DNA of 32,000 bases from Chitinimonas arctica. GTDB taxonomy: Bacteria; Pseudomonadota; Gammaproteobacteria; Burkholderiales; Chitinimonadaceae. The stretch spans positions 163,651 to 195,650 of the forward strand of contig NZ_CP041730.1 in the NCBI RefSeq assembly GCF_007431345.1, written 5' to 3'. Shown one piece after another: positions 8,433-17,631 of the stretch. The translations under genes and the position numbers were made by a program. The notes below the pieces were generated by a model, which was not told the DNA's origin, did not search any database, and saw nothing but the letters and a program-made list of their open reading frames with translations. Positions within the stretch are counted from its first letter, which is position 1; every line of letters begins with the position of its first letter.

Positions 8433-11400
8433 ATGCCGTCGCTGCTGCCACTTCCTCCTCTTCCCGCTCCGTCCCACCGTAGCCGCCTGGCGCTGCCGGC
8501 CGGCTCGGCCGATGCCAACCTGCTGGCCGCGCTGACTTCCCAGTGCCGCCCGCTGGTGGTGCTGACCGCCGACGCCCAGACCGCCAGCCGCTTGAAGGAT
8601 GAAATCGCCTGGTTCGCGCCGGACAAGCTGGTGGTACTGCTGCCCGACTGGGAAACGCTGCCCTACGACAGCTTTTCGCCCCACCACGACCTGATTTCCG
8701 AGCGCTTGGCCACCCTCTGGCAAATTCGCCAGCAGCAAGCCGACGTGGTGATCGTCCCGGTGCAGACGGCGCTGATGCCCTTGCCGCCGGTGGAGTACCT
8801 CACCGCCTACAGCTTCTTTCTGAAGGCCAAGACGCGGCTGGACGTGGAAAAGCTGCGCAGCGACCTGGCCTTCGCCGGCTACAACCACGTCACCCAGGTC
8901 TATGGCCCCGGCGAATTTTCCATCCGCGGCGGCCTGATCGACCTGTTTCCCATGGGCTCGACCCTGCCCTACCGGCTCGACTTGTTCGATTCCGATATCG
9001 AAACCATCCGCACCTTCGATGTCGATACCCAGCGCAGCATCTATCCGGTCCCGGAGATCCGCCTGCTGCCGGCGCGCGAATTCCCGCTGGACGAGAACGG
9101 CCGTGCCAAGTTCCGTTCGCGCTTTCGCGAAGTGTTCGAGGGCGATCCGAGCAAATCGCGGGTATACAAGGATATTTCCAACGGCCTGATCCCGCCCGGG
9201 GTGGAGTACTACCTGCCCTTGTTCTTCGACCAGACCGCCACCTTGTTCGACTATTTGCCGGACGATGCCCTGCTGGTGCAGCACGGCGACCTGATGCAGG
9301 CCTGCGAACGCTTTTGGGTGGACACCCAAAGCCGCTACAAGATGCTGGCCGGCGACAAGGACAAGCCCTTGCTGCCGCCGAATGAACTGTTCGTGGGCGT
9401 CGACCAATTTTTCGCGCGGATGAAAGCCTATCGGCGGCTGGAACTGAGTGCGGCCGGCCCCTCGGTGGAGAATGCGGCGGAACAGGCCTGGCGCGAAGCC
9501 AGCGCACCCCTGCCCGATCTACGGGTGGACAGGCGGGCCGACAATCCCATCCAGAAACTGAGCGATTTTGTCGCCCGCTTCGACGGCCGCATCCTCTTGC
9601 TGGCCGAATCCCTGGGACGCCGGGAAACGCTGCACCAGTACTTCACCGAATACGGCCTGCCGGTCGCCGTTGCCGAGAACTGGCAGGCCTGCGAAAGCAG
9701 CGATGCACCGGTCCTGCTCAGCGCCTCGCCGCTCAGCAGCGGCTTTATCGCCGGCCGCCTGGCCCTGATCACCGAAGCCGATCTATACGGCCAGACCAGC
9801 ACCTTGAGCCGGCGCAAGGCACAAAAGCGCAGCAACGCCGAAGGCATGCTGCGCGATCTGTCCGAACTCAAGATCGGCGACGCAGTGGTGCATGAGCAGC
9901 ACGGTATCGGCCGCTATAAAGGGCTGATCAGCATGGACCTGGGCGAAGGCGCCTCGGAGATGCTGCACCTGGAGTATGCCGGCGGCGACACCCTCTATGT
10001 CCCGGTCGCGCAGCTGCATGTAATCAGCCGCTATGCCGGCGGTGCGGAAGATAGCGCGCCGCTGCACAAGCTGGGTTCCGGCCATTGGGAAAAGGCCAAG
10101 CGCAAGGCAGCCGAGCAGGTGCGCGATACCGCCGCCGAACTGCTCAATCTCTATGCCCGCCGTGCGGCACGAGAAGGCTATGCCTTTGGCTTCAACCCGC
10201 ACGACTACGAAGCCTTCGCCGCCGGCTTCGGCTTCGATGAAACGGCCGACCAGGCCGGCGCCATCGAAGCGGTGGTGGCGGATATGACCAGCGGCAAGCC
10301 GATGGACCGCCTGATCTGCGGCGATGTCGGCTTCGGCAAGACCGAAGTGGCCCTGCGCGCCGCCTTTGTCGCGGTATCCGACGGCAAGCAGGTCGCGGTG
10401 CTGGTACCGACCACTCTGTTGGCCGAACAGCATTTCCAGAATTTCTCCGACCGATTCTCCGACCTGCCGGTGCGGGTAGCCGAGCTGAGTCGCTTCCGCT
10501 CCAAGAAGGAAGTGGATGCCGCCATCGCCGGCATGGAAGCCGGCACCATCGATATCGTGATCGGCACCCATAAGCTGGTGCAGGACGGCGTGAAGTTCAA
10601 GAACCTCGGCCTGGTCATCATCGATGAAGAACACCGCTTCGGCGTGCGGCATAAGGAGCAGCTCAAGGCCCTGCGCAGCGAAGTCGATGTGCTGACCCTC
10701 ACGGCCACCCCGATACCGCGCACCCTGGCGATGTCGCTGGAAGGCCTGCGCGACTTTTCCATTATCGCCACCGCGCCCAATCGACGCCTGGCGATCAAGA
10801 CCTTCGCCGCCAACTGGAGCGACGGCGTCATACGCGAAGCGGTGCTGCGCGAGCTGAAGCGCGGCGGCCAGGTGTTCTTCCTGCATAACGAGGTGGATAC
10901 CATCGTCAATATGCAGGAGAAGCTGGCGGCGCTGCTGCCGGAAGCCCGTATCGGCGTGGCCCATGGCCAGATGCGCGAGCGGGATCTGGAACAGGTAATG
11001 CGCGATTTCAACCAGCAGCGCTTCAATCTGCTGCTGTGTACCACCATCATCGAGACCGGCATCGACATCCCCAATGCCAACACCATCATCATGAACCGGG
11101 CCGATAAATTCGGCCTGGCGCAGCTGCACCAACTACGCGGCCGGGTGGGCCGTTCGCATCACCAAGCCTATGCCTACCTGCTGGTGCCCGACCTGAAGAC
11201 GCTGACGCCCTCGGCCAGCAAACGGCTGGAAGCGATCCAGCAGATGGAGGAGCTGGGTTCCGGCTTCTACCTGGCCATGCACGACCTGGAAATTCGCGGT
11301 GCCGGCGAAGTGCTGGGCGACGACCAGTCGGGCGAAATGCAGGAAATCGGCTTTTCGCTTTATTCGGCCATGCTCAATGAAGCGGTCAAGGCGCTCAAGA

Positions 11401-11867
11401 AGGGCATAGAACCGGATCTGAACGCACCGCTGGGCGTCGCCACCGAGATCAATCTGCATAGCCCGGCACTGCTGCCCGGCGATTACTGCCCCGATGTGCA
11501 CGAACGCTTGGTGCTTTACAAGCGCCTGGCCAATTGCGAAAGCTCGGACGAGCTGGACGATATGCAGCAGGAATTGATCGACCGCTTCGGCCTGCTGCCG
11601 CCGCCGGCCAAGATCCTGCTGGACTGCCATCGCCTGCGCCTGCTGGCCAAGCCCCTGGGCGTGCTCAAGCTGGATGCGTCGGACAGCGCGATCTCGGTGC
11701 AATTCGCCAAGCAGAACAGCATCGATCCGATCAAGGTCCTCAAGCTGATCCAGACCAAGCGCAATTACAAGCTGGCCGGCCAAGACAAATTACGGGTGGA
11801 AAGCGCCCTGCCCGACCCGGCCTTGCGGGCGGCGCGGGTGAAGGAATTGCTGCAGGAACTGCGTTGA
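8433..11867 (+). CDS. mfd: Transcription-repair coupling factor Mfd
   Basis: 1144-aa ORF. It has a CarD/RNAP-interaction-like block (VHEQHGIGRYKGL), helicase motif I (GDVGFGKTEVA), motif II (IIDEEHRFGV), TATPIPRTL, and motif VI (LHQLRGRVGRS). The length and domain order are typical of Mfd. Confidence 0.95.
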   Translation: MPSLLPLPPLPAPSHRSRLALPAGSADANLLAALTSQCRPLVVLTADAQTASRLKDEIAWFAPDKLVVLLPDWETLPYDSFSPHHDLISERLATLWQIRQQQADVVIVPVQTALMPLPPVEYLTAYSFFLKAKTRLDVEKLRSDLAFAGYNHVTQVYGPGEFSIRGGLIDLFPMGSTLPYRLDLFDSDIETIRTFDVDTQRSIYPVPEIRLLPAREFPLDENGRAKFRSRFREVFEGDPSKSRVYKDISNGLIPPGVEYYLPLFFDQTATLFDYLPDDALLVQHGDLMQACERFWVDTQSRYKMLAGDKDKPLLPPNELFVGVDQFFARMKAYRRLELSAAGPSVENAAEQAWREASAPLPDLRVDRRADNPIQKLSDFVARFDGRILLLAESLGRRETLHQYFTEYGLPVAVAENWQACESSDAPVLLSASPLSSGFIAGRLALITEADLYGQTSTLSRRKAQKRSNAEGMLRDLSELKIGDAVVHEQHGIGRYKGLISMDLGEGASEMLHLEYAGGDTLYVPVAQLHVISRYAGGAEDSAPLHKLGSGHWEKAKRKAAEQVRDTAAELLNLYARRAAREGYAFGFNPHDYEAFAAGFGFDETADQAGAIEAVVADMTSGKPMDRLICGDVGFGKTEVALRAAFVAVSDGKQVAVLVPTTLLAEQHFQNFSDRFSDLPVRVAELSRFRSKKEVDAAIAGMEAGTIDIVIGTHKLVQDGVKFKNLGLVIIDEEHRFGVRHKEQLKALRSEVDVLTLTATPIPRTLAMSLEGLRDFSIIATAPNRRLAIKTFAANWSDGVIREAVLRELKRGGQVFFLHNEVDTIVNMQEKLAALLPEARIGVAHGQMRERDLEQVMRDFNQQRFNLLLCTTIIETGIDIPNANTIIMNRADKFGLAQLHQLRGRVGRSHHQAYAYLLVPDLKTLTPSASKRLEAIQQMEELGSGFYLAMHDLEIRGAGEVLGDDQSGEMQEIGFSLYSAMLNEAVKALKKGIEPDLNAPLGVATEINLHSPALLPGDYCPDVHERLVLYKRLANCESSDELDDMQQELIDRFGLLPPPAKILLDCHRLRLLAKPLGVLKLDASDSAISVQFAKQNSIDPIKVLKLIQTKRNYKLAGQDKLRVESALPDPALRAARVKELLQELR

Positions 11868-12039
11868 TGACGCGGTCGCGGGCTAGTCGCACAAATTGCA
11901 ACAAATCCGCGCCACCATGAATACATCAATAAACAAGCACTTCGGTGCGGGTCGCGGCGCGAGGCCGATCCATGCGCTTGTCTAGCCTTGTAGCGCCGAC
12001 GGATTTTTCCGACAATCAAACCAACACCGGAGGACCTTG

Positions 12040-12492
12040 ATGACCGTGGTACCCGACCTCGAACTGCCGATGACCGGCGATCAGGCATTCAATACCGCCG
12101 CGCTGCGCGGCACGCCCTACGTACTGTTTTTCTATCCCAAGGACAACACGCCCGGCTGTACCACCGAAAGCGGCGACTTCCGCGATCGGCATGAAGCCTT
12201 TTTGGCGGCCGGCTGCCGGCTCTACGGTGTCAGCCGCGACGGAATGAAGTCGCACGAGAACTTCAAGGCCAAGCTGGCCATGCCTTTCGAGCTGGTATCG
12301 GACCCGGATGAAACGCTGTGCAACGCTTTCGGCGTCATGAAGATGAAGAATATGTACGGCAAGCAGGTGCGCGGCGTGGAGCGCAGCACCTTCGTGGTGG
12401 ATGGCGAAGGCCAGGTGGTGAAGGAATGGCGCGGCTTGAAGGTGCCGGGCCATGTCGATGACGTACTGGCTTTTGTACAGACGATGAAATAA
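12040..12492 (+). CDS. bcp: Thiol peroxidase / peroxiredoxin Bcp
   Basis: GGAGGA (12029-12034) lies 5 nt before ATG 12040. The protein has FFYPKDNTPGCTTE with the peroxidatic Cys, is ~150 aa, and has the AhpC/TSA fold pattern. The TTG at 12037 in the track is less likely. Confidence 0.9.
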   Translation: MTVVPDLELPMTGDQAFNTAALRGTPYVLFFYPKDNTPGCTTESGDFRDRHEAFLAAGCRLYGVSRDGMKSHENFKAKLAMPFELVSDPDETLCNAFGVMKMKNMYGKQVRGVERSTFVVDGEGQVVKEWRGLKVPGHVDDVLAFVQTMK

Positions 12493-12496
12493 GCGA

Positions 12497-12524
12497 AACG
12501 CCCGTTCCCGTGACGGGCGTTTTG
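12497..12524 (+). terminator. Rho-independent terminator after bcp
   Basis: Stem AACGCCCG (12497-12504) pairs with CGGGCGTT (12514-12521) across a 9-nt loop and runs into TTTTG. It starts 5 nt after the bcp stop. Confidence 0.6.
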
Positions 12525-12633
12525 CATGGTGCCCGCCCACCGGCCGAGATTCGGCCCGGGGTGGGCAGACAGGGGGGCCGGCACGGCAGATCGCCCGGCC
12601 CCGACGATATCCGGGAACAACGCGAGGAACCGT

Positions 12634-14037
12634 ATGGCCGCCGTCCGTAAAGCCAAAACCACCAAGCTCTTTGTGCTGGATACCAACGTGCTGATGCACG
12701 ACCCCACCAGCTTGTTTCGCTTCGAAGAACACGATATCTGCCTACCCATGGTCACCCTCGAGGAGCTGGACGACCATAAGAAGGGCATGAGCGAAGTCGC
12801 CCGCAATGCGCGCCAGGCCAGCCGCTTCCTGGACGATATCGTCCGCGGCAAGGAAAGCCAGATCGAAAAAGGCGTGGCCCTGGAAACCGCCTCCAAGGGC
12901 ATGGCGTCCGGCCATCTGTTCCTGCAGACCTTGGCCGCCAAGGTCGATCTGCCGGTCGACCTGCCGGTCGGCAAGGCCGACAACCAGATCCTCACCGTGG
13001 TGATGCACCTGGCGCAGCTGCATCCGAAGCGCGAGGTGGTATTGGTGTCCAAGGACATCAATATGCGCATCAAGGCCCGCGCACTGGGCCTGCCGGCCGA
13101 AGACTACTTCAACGACCAGGTGCTGGAAGACACCGACCTGCTGTATTCCGGCATACGCGAAATCGACCAGGCCTTCTGGGAAAAAAACGGCAAGGATATG
13201 AAAAGCTGGCAAGAAGGCGGCCGCGCCTTCTACCAGCTCAATGGCAGCGACTGCGCCAGCCTGCTGCTGAACCAGATGATCTGGCAGGAAGCGGAAAAAC
13301 CCTTCCTGGCCATGGTAAAGACGGTCGAAGGCAAGACGGCGGTGCTGGAGTCGGTCAAGGACTACAGTCACCCCAAGAACGCCATTTGGGGCATCACCGC
13401 CCGCAATCGCGAGCAGAATTTCGCCATCAATCTGCTGATGAACCCCGATATCGACTTCGTCACCCTGCTGGGCCAGGCCGGTACCGGCAAGACCCTGCTG
13501 ACGCTGGCGTCCGCCTTGATGATGACCCTGGAGGAAAAGCGCTACAGCGAGATCATCATGACCCGGGTCACCGTCCCGGTCGGCGAGGACATCGGCTTCC
13601 TGCCCGGCACCGAGGAAGAAAAGATGGCGCCGTGGATGGGCGCGCTGGACGACAACCTCGATGTGCTCAACCAGACCGACGGCGAATCGGGCGAATGGGG
13701 CCGCGCCGCCACCCGCGACCTGATCCGCTCGCGCATCAAGATCAAGTCGCTCAACTTTATGCGGGGCCGCACCTTCCTCAACAAGTTCCTGATCATCGAC
13801 GAGGCGCAGAATCTTACCCCCAAGCAGATGAAGACCCTGATCACCCGTGCCGGCCCGGGCACCAAGGTGGTCTGCCTGGGCAATATCGCCCAGATCGACA
13901 CCCCCTACCTGACCGAGGGCTCGTCCGGGCTGACCTATGTGGTGGACCGCTTCAAGGGCTGGGGCCACTCCGGCCACGTCACCTTGCAACGCGGCGAGCG
14001 TTCGCGGCTGGCGGACCACGCGGCCGAGGTGCTGTAG
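12634..14037 (+). CDS. PIN-domain / PhoH-like ATPase fusion (PhoH2-type)
   Basis: ATG 12634 follows GAGGA (12623-12627). The N-terminal PIN signature is LFVLDTNVLMHDP...LEELD. The C-terminal PhoH ATPase has Walker A GQAGTGKTLL and Walker B FLIIDEAQN. The track start at 12526 would overlap the bcp terminator and was rejected. Confidence 0.85.
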   Translation: MAAVRKAKTTKLFVLDTNVLMHDPTSLFRFEEHDICLPMVTLEELDDHKKGMSEVARNARQASRFLDDIVRGKESQIEKGVALETASKGMASGHLFLQTLAAKVDLPVDLPVGKADNQILTVVMHLAQLHPKREVVLVSKDINMRIKARALGLPAEDYFNDQVLEDTDLLYSGIREIDQAFWEKNGKDMKSWQEGGRAFYQLNGSDCASLLLNQMIWQEAEKPFLAMVKTVEGKTAVLESVKDYSHPKNAIWGITARNREQNFAINLLMNPDIDFVTLLGQAGTGKTLLTLASALMMTLEEKRYSEIIMTRVTVPVGEDIGFLPGTEEEKMAPWMGALDDNLDVLNQTDGESGEWGRAATRDLIRSRIKIKSLNFMRGRTFLNKFLIIDEAQNLTPKQMKTLITRAGPGTKVVCLGNIAQIDTPYLTEGSSGLTYVVDRFKGWGHSGHVTLQRGERSRLADHAAEVL

Positions 14038-14065
14038 CGGCGCCCGCTCAAGGTGTTGCGGGGAT

Positions 14066-14100
14066 GGGGGCCGTCCTTGCAAGCGGCCCCCTTGCGTTTA
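14066..14100 (+). terminator. Possible terminator after the PhoH-like gene
   Basis: GGGGGCCG (14066-14073) pairs with CGGCCCCC (14084-14091) and is followed by TTGCGTTTATT. The T-tract is imperfect. Confidence 0.4.
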
Positions 14101-14160
14101 TTGCAGGTTTAACTTGAACGCACCCCGTCTAAACTTAGGTACACCTTAAAGGGGCGTTTA

Positions 14161-14931
14161 ATGACGATTATTGCCGTATTCAACCAGAAGGGCGGCGTAG
14201 GCAAGACCACCACCACCGCCAATCTGGCCGCCGCCATGGCCAAGAACGGACTGACGCCGCTCGCAATCGATCTGGACCCGCAGGCGCATCTCACCGCCTT
14301 ATCCGGATTGAACCCAAAGGTGGAAAGAACGGTCTATAGCTTTTTCAACCAGCAGACGCCGCTTTCCGACCTGGTTACCCAGCTACCCAACCAGGTCAAT
14401 CTGATCCCCTCCCATATGGAACTGGCCCGGGTGGATATGATGCTCAGCCAGAACCGGCACGACCTGCGCCGCCTCAAGAAAGCCATGGCGGAAGAAATGC
14501 TGTCCAGCAGCGATACGCCGGTCCTGATCGACTGCTGTCCCATGCTGGGCGTGCTATCCCTATCGGCCCTGATGGCGGCCGACGTGGTACTGGTACCGGT
14601 CACCGCCGAATACCTGGCCATGAATGGCGCCCAACAACTGGACCAGACCTTGAAGGGCCTTGCCACCAAGGGTCTTTATCGTCCCCGCAAGGTGTTTATC
14701 AACCGCTATCAACGCGGCCACACCACCTCGGAGAAGGTCGCCCATGAACTGACGCGACGGTATGGGAAGGATTTTTGCAATACTCGCGTGTTCGAAAGCC
14801 AAAGCGTGCTGGAGAGCGTCGGGCAAAATAAGGATGTCTTCAGCTTTGCGCCAGACTCCGAAGGCGCTGAGGACTTCAGCTATCTCCTGGACGAATTGAT
14901 AGAATCGGGTTTTATTAAGGTGAATATGTGA
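14161..14931 (+). CDS. ParA/Soj/MinD-family ATPase (orphan; no parB seen)
   Basis: 256-aa ORF with the deviant Walker A NQKGGVGKTTTTANLA, an IDLDPQ motif, and a DCCP Walker B-like region. Confidence 0.85.
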   Translation: MTIIAVFNQKGGVGKTTTTANLAAAMAKNGLTPLAIDLDPQAHLTALSGLNPKVERTVYSFFNQQTPLSDLVTQLPNQVNLIPSHMELARVDMMLSQNRHDLRRLKKAMAEEMLSSSDTPVLIDCCPMLGVLSLSALMAADVVLVPVTAEYLAMNGAQQLDQTLKGLATKGLYRPRKVFINRYQRGHTTSEKVAHELTRRYGKDFCNTRVFESQSVLESVGQNKDVFSFAPDSEGAEDFSYLLDELIESGFIKVNM

Positions 14932-15833
14932 TTTTTCGCGTTTTACTTGCCCTCTTACTGGCCCTGTCGGCCCACGCGGCCGATATCGACAGCCTGTGGG
15001 ACTACGACAAGCCCGCCGTTTCGGAAGCACGTTTTCGGGCTGCCCTGGCCAAGGCGAAAGCCGCCGGCAATACCGAACAGGCGGCGGAACTACTGACCCA
15101 GATCGCCCGCGCCCAAGGCCTGCAAGGCCGCCTGCCGGAAGCCAATACCACCCTGGACGCCCTCTTGCCCGAGCTGGGCCAGTTGCCGCCGGCCGTCAGC
15201 GTGCGCTACCTGTTGGAGCGCGGCCGCCTGATCAATACGGCCGGCGAACCGAAAAAAGCCTGGCGCTGGTTCCGCACGGCCCTGCTGCAAGCGCAGAAGC
15301 ACCAGTTGGACCTGTATCTGATCGATGCCATGCATATGCTGGGCATCGTCGATAACGGCAAGGCCACCATCGAATGGAATAGCCAAGCCATCGCCCTGGC
15401 CGAGCAAAGCAAGGCGCCCCACGCGCAAGACTGGCTGGGCTCCCTGTACAACAACCTCGGCTGGGCCTATCACGACCAGAAGGACTACGCCAAGGCGCTG
15501 GATTATCTGCGCCGGGCCCAGCGCTGGCACGAACAGCGCGGCACGGGTCGGCCGCTGCTGGTGGCCCGCTGGAGCGTGGCCAAGGTACTGCGCGAAACCG
15601 GCGAACATGAAAAAGCCCTGGCCATCCAGACCGATATCGAACGGGCCTGGGTGCGCCTGGGCGAACAGGATGGCTACGTCTACGAGGAAATCGCCGAGAA
15701 CTTGCTGGCCCTGGGCGAGCGCCAGCAGGCGCGCGTTTATTTCGGACGTACCTTGGCGGTGCTCAGCAAGGATGAATGGCTGGTCAAGACCGAGCCGGCA
15801 AGGCTGGCGAGGATACGGGAGTTGGCGGAATAG
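14928..15833 (+). CDS. Secreted TPR-like repeat protein
   Basis: GTG 14928 overlaps the parA-like stop (ATGTGA). The signal peptide is MIFRVLLALLLALSAHA|AD. The rest is helical and repeat-rich in A/L/W/Y (e.g. LGWAYHDQKDYAKALDYLRRA). Confidence 0.7.
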   Translation: MIFRVLLALLLALSAHAADIDSLWDYDKPAVSEARFRAALAKAKAAGNTEQAAELLTQIARAQGLQGRLPEANTTLDALLPELGQLPPAVSVRYLLERGRLINTAGEPKKAWRWFRTALLQAQKHQLDLYLIDAMHMLGIVDNGKATIEWNSQAIALAEQSKAPHAQDWLGSLYNNLGWAYHDQKDYAKALDYLRRAQRWHEQRGTGRPLLVARWSVAKVLRETGEHEKALAIQTDIERAWVRLGEQDGYVYEEIAENLLALGERQQARVYFGRTLAVLSKDEWLVKTEPARLARIRELAE

Positions 15834-15913
15834 GTGCGTGTCGAACGGCATTGACCGGTAGCATCGGCTCCTCAAACAAACGCCCCGCATAAGTGGGGTG
15901 AATACAGGGCGGT

Positions 15914-15938
15914 GGCTCGGCTCACATTACGCCGAGCC
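15914..15938. terminator. Hairpin between convergent genes (possible bidirectional terminator)
   Basis: GGCTCGGC (15914-15921) pairs with GCCGAGCC (15931-15938) across a 9-nt loop. It lies between the TPR gene end (15833) and the protease gene end (15979). There is no clear U-tract. Confidence 0.3.
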
Positions 15939-15978
15939 GAGTCCTATTGCATCGTCTAGAAATAGAAGATAACCGTGC

Positions 15979-17283
15979 TTAACGAAATGTAATGCGCAAT
16001 GCTGCAACTGCATCATCTATCGGCACGAAGAAGTTCAGGTTCTGACTTGCGCGACCAATCATATAACCTTGGACAGCAATACCAACTACGCGGCCATCTG
16101 CGGCAACCAACGGCCCACCTGAATTCCCGGGATGAACCTGCGCATCGCTTTGCAGGAATTTTTGTCCGCGATCATCACGGTAAGCCGATACAATCCCGCG
16201 AGTGACGGTAATGTCAAGCTCGTCGCGGAGCGGGGTTCCAATAGCAAAAACGTCTGTGCCAACCGCCGGCTGAGTCGAGCGCGCCAAGGTCGCTGCGGGC
16301 AAATTTTCCTCGCGTAGTTTTAGAAGTGCGACGTCGCGAGCGCTATCGGCGCGAACCACATCGGCAACAATCTTACGACCGTTCGCCAAGCGCACAGTCA
16401 CAAAGCGTGCCTCCCGAACCACATGTTCGTTCGTGATTGCATATCCTTCTGGGGATATGATGAATCCGCTCCCATGTCCGCTTCCAGCATATACGGTCAG
16501 TGTGGCATTGCGTGCAGCCTCTAACGAAACACCCAATGGACTCGCCGATTTCAAATTAAGTGTAACTGAGTCCTCTGCTATGCTATTTATTCCACCGGTA
16601 GCTACCGATTTACCTCCTAGTTCGCGCCGCGTAACAAGGTCGTTGAACTTCCGATCTGCTAAGAGGTTTTGAACGGACAAACCAAATGCATTTGCGAGGT
16701 TCTTCTCGATTCCCATTGGTGCGCTACTGTCGCTTTGGTATGACCCTTCCGTTGTAACTTCGTAAACAACCTTGCGCTCTAACTGTCCATATACCTGCCA
16801 AGCAACTTGAACATAAGCACCGCCCTTGGAATCTCGATAGTTGCCAAAGCCTGCCAACGGGTAGCATGCACTAAGTTCGAGCTTGTTCACCTGGCCTGCC
16901 ACGAGTAGCTCTGCCTTCCATGTCGACGGATCGTCAAACAGCGCGTTTGGGTCGCCGACTACTGGATAGTTGTACTTCTGCAATTCTTCGCGGAAGGTTT
17001 CGGTTAGCTCATCATCCGTTATATTGATCCTTCCACCTCGCCACTCCACAGTACCGGAGGGGACACAGGCGAAACCAATATAGTTCTTGCCGACTTCCTC
17101 TCCGCGCCGGAGTTTGACGACGACCTTCTTGAGCTGGATGGGCTTGGCGTCGACTCCCCGCGGCACCTCCAGTGCACTATGCACTTGGGCCTGTCGAACA
17201 GGTGTGGCGCACCCGCTAAGTAAAGCCAGCCCAGCCACGACTACAAATAAGCCCCGACGCGAGGTTGTTTGCCAGCAATACAT
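15979..17283 (-). CDS. Lipoprotein with C-terminal trypsin-like (S1/DegP-type, no PDZ) serine protease domain
   Basis: ATG 17283 is preceded by GGAGG with 5-nt spacing. The lipobox is LALLSG|C. The C-terminal ~176 aa carry the His (AITNEHV), Asp (RDVALLKL) and Ser (GNSGGPL) triad contexts of Trypsin_2/HtrA-type proteases. The ~230 aa between the lipobox and the protease are unassigned. Confidence 0.8.
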   Translation of the reverse strand: MYCWQTTSRRGLFVVVAGLALLSGCATPVRQAQVHSALEVPRGVDAKPIQLKKVVVKLRRGEEVGKNYIGFACVPSGTVEWRGGRINITDDELTETFREELQKYNYPVVGDPNALFDDPSTWKAELLVAGQVNKLELSACYPLAGFGNYRDSKGGAYVQVAWQVYGQLERKVVYEVTTEGSYQSDSSAPMGIEKNLANAFGLSVQNLLADRKFNDLVTRRELGGKSVATGGINSIAEDSVTLNLKSASPLGVSLEAARNATLTVYAGSGHGSGFIISPEGYAITNEHVVREARFVTVRLANGRKIVADVVRADSARDVALLKLREENLPAATLARSTQPAVGTDVFAIGTPLRDELDITVTRGIVSAYRDDRGQKFLQSDAQVHPGNSGGPLVAADGRVVGIAVQGYMIGRASQNLNFFVPIDDAVAALRITFR

Positions 17284-17631
17284 CCTACCCTCCCACATAT
17301 TGGGCCAGGATAACGGCTAGCCTGGCGATTTGGTTTCTCCAGAGAAGCACAGCATCTATATGGTCTTTCAACTCACCAAGCCCACTAAGCGCAATTATGT
17401 ATAGCCTATATGACCTGTTGCCTACAGTGTTTTGTCTCAGATCGACAGGCAAGGGCGCTATTGTATGTGCTGTGGAAATTGGCAACGACAAGGCCCGTGC
17501 CAGCACTTTCCCACCTGCCGGTCCGCATTCGTCTATCGGCGTAAAAACCGCCAGCCTGTACTGCTAAATTTGCACGTGCCATTCACCCTGCATGAAAAAC
17601 CGACAATGACGCTTCGTGCGAGCGTTAACGT

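Noticed and set aside
12526-12633. N-terminal extension of the PhoH-like ORF (track start 12526).
   Set aside because: It begins immediately after the bcp terminator hairpin and encodes a Pro/Arg/Gly-rich non-conserved leader. ATG 12634 has a GAGGA RBS and starts directly at the PIN domain.
17284-17631. ~350-nt spacer between the Sel1 and protease genes, which I examined for an sRNA, a terminator or a promoter.
   Set aside because: I found only weak 5-6 bp stems (e.g. AACGCT/AGCGTT at 17607-17626) without U-tracts, and poor -35/-10 matches. The track ORFs here (17265..17567 +, 17285..17506 -) lack support. The evidence is not enough to call a feature.
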